Assembly (NCBI GenBank): GCA_964019425.1
Contig: OZ025793.1
Location: forward strand, 868,001-932,000
Origin: Flectonema sp. DT1601
Lineage: Eukaryota
DNA length: 64,000 bases
Direction: 5' to 3'
Each line of letters begins with the position of its first letter. Position 1 is the stretch's first letter. This document shows, in pieces, positions 1 to 12,296 of this stretch. The translations under genes and the position numbers were made by a program. The notes beneath the pieces were generated by a model, which saw only the letters and a list, made by a program, of their open reading frames with translations, was not told the origin of the DNA and searched no databases.

Positions 1-902
1 CTGTTTTCCTGAAGCCAAGCAGTATTAGATCCCTCATGCTCACCAGGTTCATTAAGGAAAGGTGTCACTGTATCCATCAGTTCTACGAAAGGAACGTTGT
101 AGTAGTCGGCAGCGTTGAACTCAGCCAGGGCATACTTTGGTGAAAGACGACCACGAGCACACTGCTCTGCACTATTTGGATCTGGGTAACCAGGGTAAAT
201 ACCAATTCTTGTTAGTGCTGGAATGTCACGGGAAGCGTATATTCCGTTTCCACACTTTTCACGATTTTCTAAAAGTTCAAAATATTTATGAGATCCGTTA
301 GGACAGTAGTGGTCAGCAACAATTTGTCTAATTCTTGTCATGGCTGCCTTCTCAGTTATAGTTCTAGCATCAATCATATCTTCAACAGACTGAAGGTGTT
401 GACGTGATTTGTGTGGAAGACAAACAGACTTCAATCTGTTCGCTGCAGCACTCGCTGTTAGTTGATCAGGTGATGGTCCTCCTTCGACAAAACCTTCTTT
501 GGGTGATTCTTCCTCAAGACAAACTTTACAGGATCTGAGATATGGTCCGTAAGTATCCCATAGTTGACTGTCGACTACCATTGTACAGCCTCTGCTACAT
601 TGGTAGTGACAGTGTTTTAAACAAGTTCCACAAATAAACATTGGATCCTTCTTAAATACTCTACTACTACTACAAACATTACAAAGTTGAAACACTTCTC
701 TAATCTGTCTCTCACACAATGCTAACCAAAGCTGTGTGTCAGTTGCCTCCTCTGGAATCACATCAGGTGGAAGGTCCAAATGACGAGTCCAAGTACTGTA
801 TCCTCCTAGCATTTCATTGTAGAAATAGGACCCTTGACCATCACCATCATCGTGTATACTCCACGTTCGTTGTGGTGGAGACCCCTCGTTTGATACGCTC
901 AT
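1..902 (-). CDS. WW-domain + Cys-rich (PHD-like) + SET-domain protein, putative lysine methyltransferase; runs off the window's left end
   Basis: Manual translation from ATG at 902; absent from the ORF track because no stop falls in the window. WW-like WSIHDDGDGQGSYFYNEMLGGYSTW; Cys cluster CNVC..CGTCLKHCHYQC..CKVC; SET-like GNGIYASRDIPALTRIGIYPG and PFLNEP. Confidence 0.8.
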   Translation of the reverse strand, partial: MSVSNEGSPPQRTWSIHDDGDGQGSYFYNEMLGGYSTWTRHLDLPPDVIPEEATDTQLWLALCERQIREVFQLCNVCSSSRVFKKDPMFICGTCLKHCHYQCSRGCTMVVDSQLWDTYGPYLRSCKVCLEEESPKEGFVEGGPSPDQLTASAAANRLKSVCLPHKSRQHLQSVEDMIDARTITEKAAMTRIRQIVADHYCPNGSHKYFELLENREKCGNGIYASRDIPALTRIGIYPGYPDPNSAEQCARGRLSPKYALAEFNAADYYNVPFVELMDTVTPFLNEPGEHEGSNTAWLQEN

Positions 903-1643
903 TGTTATTGAGGGGAGGGAGGCTGTAGTGTATATTAGGGTAATCGTTTCTTTAAATTTTAATAAAATCTTTTTTTTTTTTCTTTACATGTTGAGGTTCA
1001 TTACCTTTCAAAGAAAATAATTTCATCTCAAAATGTAAACATACGAAAACAACAACTGGGGTACTAAAAAAAAAACTACTTAGGACTGAGGAAGTGGGGG
1101 AGTTTATATTTAAAACATATCCTTGGGTTCAGTTTAGTGTGTTAATTAATTTCTTTCATTCTTTTTTTTTTTTTTTTTTTTTGTTATACTCTTGTTTACT
1201 GGTTTCTTTTTCTTATTCATTGTTTTTTTTTTTTTTTTTTTTTTTTTGCTTTGGGAATATCCCCCGAGACAAAACAGAAAAGAAATGCCAAACAATTTCA
1301 GTGACCTGAGCGATTTGAGTAGCGGACTATCACAGAAAAGAAGTCTTCAAACAGCTAACAAATTAGCGCCGACAGACGCTGAGAGAAGAGCTTGTAATAA
1401 GAGAGTAACAAATAGGACCTTTCAACAAACATCTTGGAGTCCCTTCAAAGTAGTGAGGGAGTCAAAGAGTTTGTCAGCTGAGTTCCAACTTCTCACAATC
1501 TGACTTACCGAAGCGTCGATAGACGCTGGCCATCCCGACAATGAGAAGACCTGCTCAAGGAAAGTATTCCAATCAAAGATTGATAAGGTAAGAGTCTCTT
1601 GGTATTCTTCTGGTGGTTTAATCTCTTTAATAGAATCAGATGG

Positions 1644-2435
1644 TTAATCTTCAGGCTGAGAAGCTACAGCAGGTTCTGGTTCTGGTTCTGGTTGACTCAC
1701 AGTTTGATCAACTGCAGGCTGGTGGACCTCTTCCTCGTCGTCTTCTTCTTCTTCTTCTTCGTCTTCGCTCTCAGGTGAGGTTACAACAACGCGTTTTGAA
1801 GTTTTTGTTGTCGGTTTCTTACTTGGAGACGGTACATAAGTAGCTCTAACTGTCGGTACTATTCCGTGTTGAAGATGATTAAAGATGTCATAAGAAAGTG
1901 GTCCTTTTCTCTTAGTACAACAAGCTGTGGGGAAGTTATTATTAATTGCGTAGCGTTTAAGTTCAGAGACTGAGCACTCTTCCATAATCGTGTGTGCAGA
2001 TGTTCCCTTTACGAGGAGATCACTAACAGAACGTCTTGAAGGCTTCTTCGCTGGTTCCTTAGTTTTTGGTTTTGGTTTTGCTTTCGAAGGAGACTTCTTC
2101 TTTGATTCTTTTACATCTTTTTTCTTCTTTGGTTTCCTTTCTTTTTGCTTTGCTTCCAACGACGCGATCTCTTTTTTTAATTTAATTAATTCCAACTTCT
2201 TCTTATCCAGGGTTGCCTCTACGTCTGACTCACTTTCCCGATCCTTTTTCTTATCCTTTTTGACTTTCTTGTCAGATTTCTTGTCCTTCTTCTTACTCTC
2301 TTTTTCTTTTTTACTGGTCTTCGATCGTTTTATTTCTTTTCCTTCAGCTTCAGTTGACTTCTTTCTCTTCTTTTTAGGTTTACTTTTCGGTGGTAAATTA
2401 TAGAGAAAGTCTGCCTCCGCATCCGTCAGAAACAT
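1644..2435 (-). CDS. Lys-rich/acidic low-complexity protein of unknown function, possibly nuclear
   Basis: 263-aa ORF with KE/KD-rich N-terminal half, poly-E/D tract and EP repeats; same strand as neighbouring genes. Confidence 0.6.
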   Translation of the reverse strand: MFLTDAEADFLYNLPPKSKPKKKRKKSTEAEGKEIKRSKTSKKEKESKKKDKKSDKKVKKDKKKDRESESDVEATLDKKKLELIKLKKEIASLEAKQKERKPKKKKDVKESKKKSPSKAKPKPKTKEPAKKPSRRSVSDLLVKGTSAHTIMEECSVSELKRYAINNNFPTACCTKRKGPLSYDIFNHLQHGIVPTVRATYVPSPSKKPTTKTSKRVVVTSPESEDEEEEEEDDEEEVHQPAVDQTVSQPEPEPEPAVASQPED

Positions 2436-3257
2436 TTTTTTTTTTTTTTTTTTTTAAAGTGTATGCTGTTGGGTTGAGCTACACGTGTTAACCTCAAAAA
2501 GACGACACCCTAAGTAATGCTTTCACCATCCTTACTATTATTCTCTCATCAGTAAAGTGCAGAAGCCACACAACTCAACATTTCTGTGAAAACAATGTAT
2601 TAGTTTATTTATTTCAAGACCTGGTTCTTGTGATGGTGAAAATCACGAGACCACCCTTCCCCCTTGAGGGGGAATGCGTAATTTAGCAAAAGAATATAAA
2701 AATCGTGTGGGAAGGGATTGGGACCGGGGACCTCTGAACCTTCCTTCATCGCAAGTTGTCTTCGGAAAAAAGAAACAAAAAAAAAAAAAAAAAAAAAAAA
2801 ATGGAGACGAAAACAACATGCGGATCACTAGTCATTAGGTTACACTTGGAATGGAAAATGCGCTGCTGTACTTTAACGGAACACGTAGTTAACTCGTGAA
2901 GAAGAACTAATCATTCATTCATAGAGCGGTAATACAGCCGATTCGGCACGTTCCACACAAGCCAGGGGGAGATAGGTTTTGTAGGTAGTCCCTTTTGTGT
3001 TTTTTTTTTTTAGTCTTTTTTATGTAAAAAGACCATAACATTTCTTTTCAAAAAAAAAAAAAAAAAAAAAATGCTGTATTATTATTGTTTTTTTTTTTTT
3101 TAATTTCACGATGGTATAAACCCTTCACACTCTGCTGCCAGCCCCCTTAAAAAACAAAAAGGGGGAAAAAAAGACGAAAAGGGAAAAAAAAATGATTTTT
3201 TGATAATAAAACAAAAGGGGGAGGGTCTGCAAAGGGCTTTCCTGCTAAACAAGTTGC

Positions 3258-3638
3258 TTAGATGAGGATTCTCTCGATGTCTCTCTTCAGGGAGTCGAGC
3301 TTTCCACGAAGCTGGTCTCCCTCAGAGGAGATGATAGAGACAGCGATGACGTTACGGGAAACACCAGCGGCTCTTCCCAAAGCCAACTTCGAAGGGACGA
3401 AGATGTATGGAACGTTCTTGTCCTCACACAACATTGGCAAGTGAAGCAAGATTTCAATTGGGTTACAGTCACCAGCTAAGATGATTAGCTCAGCGATACC
3501 TCTGTTAAGAGTCTTGGTGGCCTCGTTAGCTCCCTTCTTCAACTGCTGGAAGTTCTGCGCGTCCTGAACCAAATCGTGGATGGTTCTGGAGAGGGCCTCG
3601 TCGGCGAGAGGGAAGACCTTTGAGTCAGAGTCAGTCAT
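3258..3638 (-). CDS. SNU13: SNU13/NHP2L1 (15.5K) L7Ae-family kink-turn binding protein
   Basis: [16 protein letters not shown]...[36 protein letters not shown] matches the family consensus. Confidence 0.97.
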   Translation of the reverse strand: MTDSDSKVFPLADEALSRTIHDLVQDAQNFQQLKKGANEATKTLNRGIAELIILAGDCNPIEILLHLPMLCEDKNVPYIFVPSKLALGRAAGVSRNVIAVSIISSEGDQLRGKLDSLKRDIERILI

Positions 3639-5340
3639 CTTATGTTGCGGTTACTGAATGGCTGGGGAATAGTAATTATTATTTACAAAAGTAATCATTT
3701 GACGTAGAACCACTCACACTAACTAAACAACACTCACACAGCTGACTGGACACAACCGTCGGAAGTGTCAACAGCAGACACCAAAGAGTAGATCTCTGTG
3801 TGTAGATATTTAAACTTCGAGAAAAAAGAAAAAGAGTAAACTAAAATTACATTTTTTTTTTATTTGCTCACAAGGAAAAACAATACTATATTATTTTATT
3901 CCATCACCGAACGTGACAAGACTAGACTACTTTCTTCATTGCTTTAAATCCTGGGAAGTTAAATTGTACGTGTCGTAGTGGCTAAAATCTCCTCAATTAA
4001 TTACAGACGAAGATCATGACAACAAATTCATTTTGTTAATAAGTAGTCCTGATAAAGATAAATTTGATAAACCGCATGAACTGCACTCAGAGTTAGTTCG
4101 ATTGACAAGTTGACAAGAAGGCGGTTACCTACCTTCGCTGCCAATCTTCGAATTTGACAAACAGGCGGAGATTGGCGGAAACAAGCAGAAAACTGCTTTA
4201 GTTTTGCTTTACCTTTTTTTTTTTTTTTTTTTTTTTTTTCCTTCTTAACAAGAAGGACGGATACCGAGGGAGGCAACTGGGAAAAAAAAAAAAAAAAAAA
4301 GAGGGAGTAGGAAAAAAATAATGAAAACAGCGGGTAGCTTAACTAGGGAGGGGGAAAGGATAAGGAAATTGTGATCTTGATTAAAATAAAATAAAAAAAG
4401 TTTTACTAATCAAGAAATACACTTATCATTTCATCTAAATATTTTCCGTTAGTTCATTTTGCAAAAGTTCACTAATATTCTTAGAATGTTCAATTGATCC
4501 AACGACAATCTTATCGGGAGGAGGTAATCACTTTTTTTTTTTTTCTCCCCTAAACCCCACACAATAACAAGATCGGTAAATTAATTATAAACAAGTTAGG
4601 GGACGGAGAAAAATGGGAGAGAACAACCGGTGATAAACTATATAACGCAGTCGATATCAAAGATAGTTCTGCCTCGTCTACTGACACGACAAGCATAAGT
4701 TTCGTCTCGACCTGATAAGTGTATCCAAACGCCTTAAACAATCAAACACAGTAAAAACAACTATATTTATCACGTAGAACTAACTACTGCTGGGGATAGA
4801 GAATTGGGGAGGGGGGAAATCTATGGGTAAGGAACGCGATGAAGCTTTCCAAATAAATTTTCTTTTCTTTTTTTTTTTTCTTCTTTTTTTTTTTTTTTTC
4901 GGATTGACCCACGGACTAAAAACATGAAGTGTGGTACAGTAATAAAGTAGTAAAATGGTACATGGATTTTTTTTTTTTTTTTTTTTGTTATTATTTTTTT
5001 CTTTTTTTTTGAAAAATTTCTGCAAAAAAGTGCATAACAACGTATCGTAGGTGAAGTCTAAAAATAAAAAAATAAATAAAAAGGAATCTCCTTCATTATT
5101 TTTTTTTTTATTCTTTCCTAAATTAATCTTTTGTTTTTTTAAATTATTCCGTAGAATAACTTGATCGGGGGGAAGAGGGGAAAAAATGAATCTACAAAAA
5201 ATAAAAAATGTAAAAAAAATACTTTCATACATCTAACGACATTGTTTTTTTATAAGTTTGTTGGTGTTATTATTATTATTATTATTATTTTCTCGTTTTT
5301 GGTCGTCCGATAGGCTACATAATTACATCAAGTCTAATGC

Positions 5341-6657
5341 TTAACGGTACAACCAGGCGTCGTATTGACGTGGACGTGCAGCCTCACGATCCCAGTAGTC
5401 TTGTCCAGGAAGAGCTGCCATTCTGTTAAGACCCGCCACAGCAGATCCACAACGAGGTCTGACGGGTTGTTGCTGTAGACCTAATCCGTATCTCTTAACA
5501 GGCTGCTGATGAAGAGCCTGTCTGTTTGTGACGTCCCCAAGAATTCCTCCAAATACCCTGTCCTTACCAATACGAGTACTGTTTGATCTTCCACGGTTTT
5601 CAACAACACGTTCCTGTTCCAATTGTCTGTTAATACTTGGACGGTTTCTCATCGTAGCACAACCAGGCGTTCTAATTAAACCTGATGAGTATGCTGATGG
5701 TGGCATCTGATTACGAATTGGTTCAGAACAATGTCCCATATAACGACTAATAAAGTTATGATGAGGTACTTCATCAGCACGAGCTCTCACCACAGGGTCG
5801 TAATGAATTAATTTAAGAATAAGATCCTGGAGATCAGTGTCAGGAACATTAATTGGTTGACTTCCACTACCGCTTGACTGTCGGAGTCTTCCATTCATGT
5901 CGAAGAAGCTCGACTTTGCTTTGTAACCCGCGCCTTGAATCATCCAAGAAGGGAATTGTCCTTGACGTTTTTCCATCTGTTGAAGGTGCTGCATATCACT
6001 GTCGCAGTATCTCGTACATTCGAATAAGGTTCTTCCCGTGTAAATTTCATATATTATCACTCCAAGAGAAAACATATCAGAAGGACATCCCCATCCACTT
6101 CCAAGGATTACTTCAGGTGCGCGATAAGGTCTGGTTGTGATGAGCTCTTTATCACAACGTTCAGTGTAGAATGATGCAGAACCAAGATCGCATATTCTCC
6201 AAGAATCACCAAGTCCACCAGGAGGAGCATTAGCGGAGTCAATAAGTATATTTTCAGGTTTCAAGTCAGTGTGAATAATCCGACAGGTGTAGTGCAGGAA
6301 GTCGAGAGCTGCTGACATTTGCTTTGCAAACTTTGCGAGCTCACTCTTGTCGACGTTTCCAAACTTTCTACTTCTTAAAGCAGATCCATGAAGGCTGAAA
6401 ATAATACAACATTGACCTGCCCAGTTAAAGTTGTTAATCATTTTACAACACTTCTGTCTGTCGTCAAGATCATTTCTTGAGATAGCAGTTAGCACTCTGA
6501 CTTCTCTCGCAGCGTCTCTAGAGAACTCTGTCTTCAGGACCTTTAGTGCAACTTGTTTGTTTGTGTGGGTATCAACAGCACGGTAAACTTTTGCGAACGC
6601 TCCTTTTCCAATCTCTCCGTTGCTTCTGTAGCGTCCGGCGACGAGGTTGTGATTCAT
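5341..6657 (-). CDS. CMGC kinase, CLK/LAMMER-like
   Basis: GKGAFAKV, VALK, IIHTDLKPENIL, DLG, TRPYRAPEVILG; QHLQQMEK occupies the EHLAMMER position. Confidence 0.88.
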   Translation of the reverse strand: MNHNLVAGRYRSNGEIGKGAFAKVYRAVDTHTNKQVALKVLKTEFSRDAAREVRVLTAISRNDLDDRQKCCKMINNFNWAGQCCIIFSLHGSALRSRKFGNVDKSELAKFAKQMSAALDFLHYTCRIIHTDLKPENILIDSANAPPGGLGDSWRICDLGSASFYTERCDKELITTRPYRAPEVILGSGWGCPSDMFSLGVIIYEIYTGRTLFECTRYCDSDMQHLQQMEKRQGQFPSWMIQGAGYKAKSSFFDMNGRLRQSSGSGSQPINVPDTDLQDLILKLIHYDPVVRARADEVPHHNFISRYMGHCSEPIRNQMPPSAYSSGLIRTPGCATMRNRPSINRQLEQERVVENRGRSNSTRIGKDRVFGGILGDVTNRQALHQQPVKRYGLGLQQQPVRPRCGSAVAGLNRMAALPGQDYWDREAARPRQYDAWLYR

Positions 6658-7371
6658 CGTTTTGTTGAGTTTTTAGAAATAATAAAATCTGTTTATAAAG
6701 AAAAAAACATAAAACAAAATAAACTCATCATGAGAGAGATACAAAAAGCGAGCCGACTAGCTTTTCTTCCATTAATTTATTCTGAAAAAGTAGATTTTTT
6801 TTTTTCCGAATAAAATGATATGCAAACTATGAAACTCGACTGTCTGATCATCTTGTCACTCGTCTCCGAATACGAGACGAAGCCAACACTCAATAAAAAC
6901 AACCCAACAGGTAGCACTTTGCTTGCCAAGAGAACACAAGTACCATTATTGATATCGGTAAACCTTTTATTGCACATCATCTGCGCGCTTTTTTTTTTTT
7001 TTTTTTTTTTTTTTTCTTTTGTAAGTTTCATTTTCTATTTGGGTTGTGTTTGAGGTGGTGAATTTTATAACAAGAAACCCATACATCTTAGAGAGAAGAA
7101 CTACTTGCAGGTAAACCCTTCCTGAATTTACGTCAAAACTTCTGAAGGTCACAAAAGTGAATCGAAGACGCAGGGTCTACCTCTACCCTTGGCACTCTTA
7201 CATGTTAAAGAACAGAATATCTTGTTAGGCATCGGCATCAACCAAATCCCAGGCCTAGGGGCCTACGTCAAGTTATTCAACAGTACAACAAATGAAATAG
7301 AAAAGAGATCGTTAGTACACCAGGTTGGTTGATCCAACACACGTAGAGCAACAGACTCAGTAGACACTTTA

Positions 7372-9000
7372 CTATGCTCTGGCAACTCCATAAGCTTCTG
7401 GAGTAAATGTAGCATCTCTATTCCACAAGAAGTCCTTTGCACGTTCCTGAGGAAACAGAGATTCAGGACCTACACCAGTTAAAGTAAATGGTTTCTCAAG
7501 GATATACTTTGAGAGAGTCTCCCTGACAGCGCTGAGGGTCACTGCATCAATACGACCGTAGATCTCAACAAGTGGCATGTCTCTGTCGTGAGAAAGCTGA
7601 TTTATTGTTTTTTTTTATTATTATTATAACTTCAAACATAACTATCAAGTAAACACAACATAAGTTAGTACACACCATGTATGATCCCAAAACGTCAGTT
7701 GCAGTGCCGTGTCCGTCAACTTGCATCAGAATTGAACATTTCAAAGACATCTTTGCGTGATTCAAACGTTTTTCATCGAGGTTCTCAATAGCCTGTTTGT
7801 GTTATATTGGATTGTACTCTTCTCTTCATTCGCTAATAAATATAAAAAACAAAAAGAATAGAGTCGACAACATACGATGAGGACACGACGAAGAACTTCT
7901 AACTGAAAGTTTTTGTAATCTTCTTCAGTTGTAGAACCCTTTGACGTGACCATATAAAATCCAAATATTCCAGTGTCGGAGTATGGTGTTGTGAAGGCGC
8001 TCACTGATTGAATGGTACTTTTACTAGTACGAGAAAGATCTTCTATGATAGGAACAATAACACTATCAGCTGGTTGATCTTCAGCATCCCGATCCCACTC
8101 TCCGACTATGAATTGAATTATTTGACAAATCATCATTTCATTGTCTGCCTGACCACAAACACCCCAACTAATACTAAGATGAGGACTTTCAGTGTCAAAT
8201 GGAACAAGCTTTTCAACATCACCAGTAAACTTAGCATTTAGAGTTGGTTTCTCCGGATACGTTGGAAGATCTCCCCAAAGACGTTCAGAAAGGTTAACTA
8301 ATTGATCATGGTCAACTCCTCCACATCCAACCATAACCATTCTCTTAGCAGTGTAGTGTTGACGAATGTATTCACGAATCATATCAGCGTTAATATTACG
8401 TTCAATATTCTCAACAAGACCTAAAATAGTTAGACCTAATCCGTCATTAGGAAAGCAACTGAGATGAACGTGATCCATCATTACTTCGTCGATAGTCTTT
8501 TCAACGTCTGCTTTTTCAGTCATAATAGTCGCTCGTTCATTTTCGATATCTCGACTACGTAGGAGAGGATTCCTTAAGATGTCAGCTAGTATTTCCATGC
8601 ATGGTTCTATAACTTTAGTAGTAGATCTTACGAAGTACACGGTCTGTTCTCTTGTTGTGTATGCATTTAAGTGACTACCACTGTGTTCGAAGTAAGAGTC
8701 GAGTTGCATTCGAGTTCTGTTTTTAGTTCCTCTGAAGGTCATGTGTTCTAAGAAATGCGCAACTCCGTTGTTCTCAAGTGTTTCAAACCGACTGCCTGCA
8801 TCAATCCAAATTCCAACACTCGCTGATTCACCTCCAGTGTCCCTAGTAGCTACTCTAAACCCATTACTTAAGGTTGATACCTCAGCAGTTTTTGCTTTTT
8901 CTAAGTGCTTCACGAGACTCAAGTCTGAAGGCATGACTGATGCAGGAACGTGAAAGGACGGCAAAGTTGCCGCCCCCCGAGCAATCCTCGTTATCTTCAT
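7372..9000 (-). CDS. Mitochondrial processing peptidase beta subunit (M16); exons 9000-7876, 7792-7676, 7596-7372
   Basis: HFLEH zinc motif, IDAGSRFE, LNAYTTRE. Two phase-0 GT-AG introns (7875-7793, 83 bp; 7675-7597, 79 bp) join three frames seamlessly. Start placed at MKITRIAR, which resembles a presequence. Confidence 0.9.
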
Positions 9001-9111
9001 TTTAAAGTGCAGCTGTGAAAGTAAAATTACGATAAAAGTGTGTTCTTTATAATTATGTGTTACCACTAATCGATGTCAGAGCTACGCTCCGATCGGTCAG
9101 ACAGATAAATA

Positions 9112-10892
9112 TCACATGCGAAGGACGTCATCAATTGCAAACGTTTTCGTCTCCCGTATCTGAGGTCTCTCTTCAAGCAGGTCAGCAACTCTACTCAGTT
9201 GCTTCCCTAATGGATCTCTGATGCTCTCGAGATTTTCTCTCGACGGATTTTCTTCTTTTTTCTTCTCTGGAGCAGTGACCGGACTGGAACTGAGAATACC
9301 AGTTAGGGGACTTTTATTTTGTTTGTTTATTCTGCCGGAAGTCATTTTATTTTTACCATTAAGTAACTGAACGTAGTGAGGTTTTCGTTGGATATTTGCG
9401 ACTGCGTCAGTGTTCCCAGTTCGACGATGGGCTTCAATAAGATATTGGTAATGAACGAGTGTCATTCGTACTTTAGAATTCGACGTGAGCTGGTTAAAAA
9501 TTGAAAAGACCATCTGAGGTTGTTGTGAAGCAAGATAAACTTTCATCATAAATCCGTAAGAGTGATGAGTTACTATTGAGTTCACGATGCCGTATTTCCA
9601 TATCCACTTTGCAATCCTGAATGCTTCATCACCAGGTGTTGTTGTAGTTCTGGATGCAGTATCAAGAATCGCATTTATCGAAGATTCCGACGGTCTGATC
9701 TTCTGCGTATTCGTCATTTTCAAAAAGAATTCCGCAGCCTTCCTTACTTGAAGTGAATCTCTAAAAACAAATAACATCGACGTACACATTCTCTCATCCA
9801 TTTTCATATTTTCTTTCAGCACAGCCTGCAACAGCGCTTCAGCCTCTTGATATCGCCCAGGGTATACCTTTCTTACTACTTTCAGTACAGCACTGAAAGC
9901 ATGTGCGTCCATTTGAATTCCGTCAGTCATCATATTTCTGACTAGTCTGTGAAGTTCTTCCTTCGTCTGCGCTCCTCCAAGTAGGACTGTGTACGTCCAA
10001 AGGTCTGTCTTGTATCCAGAACTTATCATTTCCCTGTGGATTTTATGAGCGTGCTCATGATCATCTGTTTTATTATTTAATTAATTATCAGTTCAACAAC
10101 TGCTGTCAGTTTCTTAATAATAATAAAATCAGGTCAACACATACCAAAACTCATAAGTGTTCCAATCATAGTAACAAAGCAATGATGATCAGGAGCTACC
10201 TTTAGTGCTGTCATGTCAGTCCATACTCGGTAGGTTTCACGACGGAGATTTTGAACAACTTCAGGCTTAGCGCTTGTGGAGGCGCGAAGTGAACTAATAA
10301 TCATTGATATAATAAATACATCAGGACTGAATCCATCACTCTGCATCTCACGAACAGCAAACCTAACCAACGTACTGAAGCGAGCTTGAGAAGCTCCTTG
10401 GATCACAACAGTGTAGACTCGTTGAGTTATGGTGTGTCCATTATCTTTAAACCACTTAAACGTTCTATACTGTTCTTGTACTAAGGAATATGTTTTAGTT
10501 CCAACTGCACACGTTACGTCAATCCGTTTAGCAGATCTAATACGAGGTACGAATGATGATAGAAATGCAATAACGCAGTCTTCTGAAAATAAATATTCTT
10601 GTTTGTGCATGGCTTTTAAAAACTTAACTAATGCCTGTGCAATGACCAGAGGGGAAGGACTTTTCACCGCAGTAAGCATGTTTCTGATCGCTCTTCCGTC
10701 TTCCTTTTCAACTCCCCGATACGAACTTGATAATTTATTTCTCCATATCGCTGTCACCTCACCTCCAAAATAACCTTCAGAGATCCCTTTCACAAAGCTT
10801 TGATACTTAGCAGCATCCTCTGCGCTCACTCTGGGTGTTAAGTGTACATTTCGTGATGCAGTTGCGAGCCTTGCTAGTGTGCGAGTGAGCAT
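9112..10892 (-). CDS. Pentatricopeptide-repeat protein, probably mitochondrial; exons 10892-10145, 10064-9112
   Basis: Arg/Thr/Ala-rich N-terminus; PPR-like motifs (MQSDGFSPDVFIISMII, KTDLWTYTVLL, IRPSESSINAIL). An 80-bp GT-AG intron (10144-10065) joins the two ORFs in frame. Confidence 0.82.
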
Positions 10893-11184
10893 AAAATTAA
10901 CTCATTTTTTTTTTTATAACATGTTAGATACCAATTCTCTGATGTGTAATAAAACATTAACAACAACATGCTCTACATCTTACACATTGAGGTAGCAGGT
11001 TCAACAAGAGTTTTTATATTGTCTCTGTGAGAAAACAATATCATTATTTTCGTTGTCTCGTCTGTACATTTTATTTTCATATGAGTGAGTGAGAACAGCT
11101 GATTGTTGTCAAAAAAAAAAAAAAAAAAAAAAAAAAAAGTGTGGTTATGTTACACCTTGCTTTCTTTTCTACTTTTTCTGGTTT

Positions 11185-11219
<35 letters not shown>

Positions 11220-12009
11220 CTTTTTTTTCGCCGAAGCGAAGATGCCGGGAAGAAACCACATGCTAGTACAGTTCTTTTACTTTTCTTTGTCTGCTGGAAT
11301 TCTATCTGAGAAAACCGGTAGTCTTTAAAATTGTAAGCCAAGTACAAGTTGCCTCCTGACGGGTATATTGTGGGTAGTTCGAAAACGTTGCTCTCCAAAA
11401 TATAACAAGACTCTACTCCACCCGCGTCAGGCGCATCTCTTGTCTTAGCCCTAGCATGCTACGTTGGAACATTGTCACCAGCCCGGTGGACCAAGTTGTA
11501 CAAAAACACCCTAACTGACCCGGATCACACGAACATTGCTATAAGCACACTTGCCGTCTCGTTTTGAAATACTGAGGTGTTAGTATTTTGGGGTTGTTGT
11601 GGTCAGACTCCAACAAAATGATAATTGCGGTTCTTTATTTTTGGTGTGATACTTCATATCGTAAGCACAAGATAGTCCCTACAGACCATCAAGTCAGTGT
11701 ACTTGATTGCAATATGAGCGAAAAAAATCAAAAATAAATTAATTTAAAAAAAATTGAGGGGGGAGAGTGAGAGTGAGAAACCGTTTTCAAAAATATATAG
11801 CGCACTCGTAAACAGTTTTATTAAACCAAACATCACCACGCACGAGTATTAGGATTGAAAGCCGCAACTCAGAGTAATTAATATTTCTCAAAATTAATTA
11901 CTTCGCTCAGAAACAGATAAAGAGCGATTTTTCCATGTCAGATCATTAATTGAAAAAAAGCCAAAAATAATTAGCCTATCGTCAGAGAAAACACCATTCA
12001 CAACAACAA

Positions 12010-12044
<35 letters not shown>

Positions 12045-12296
12045 ATATAAATAGGAATGCACTTAAAAATTGTGACTACAAACATCTAATAATATTTGAA
12101 TCTAATTCGCACATTTAGTATATCACTGGGCAACGAGGGGATACGTTGAATTCGATGATGGATTCTGAATTTAATGTATCGCCAGCCTAGCAGAACTTTA
12201 AAAGTATCTTACCCAGGTACGTTGTGCTCTAGTAACGTATAACAGATAGCCATTTACTGCTTGCAGAAGGCGGTAAGCCTACTACAGAGATATAAT

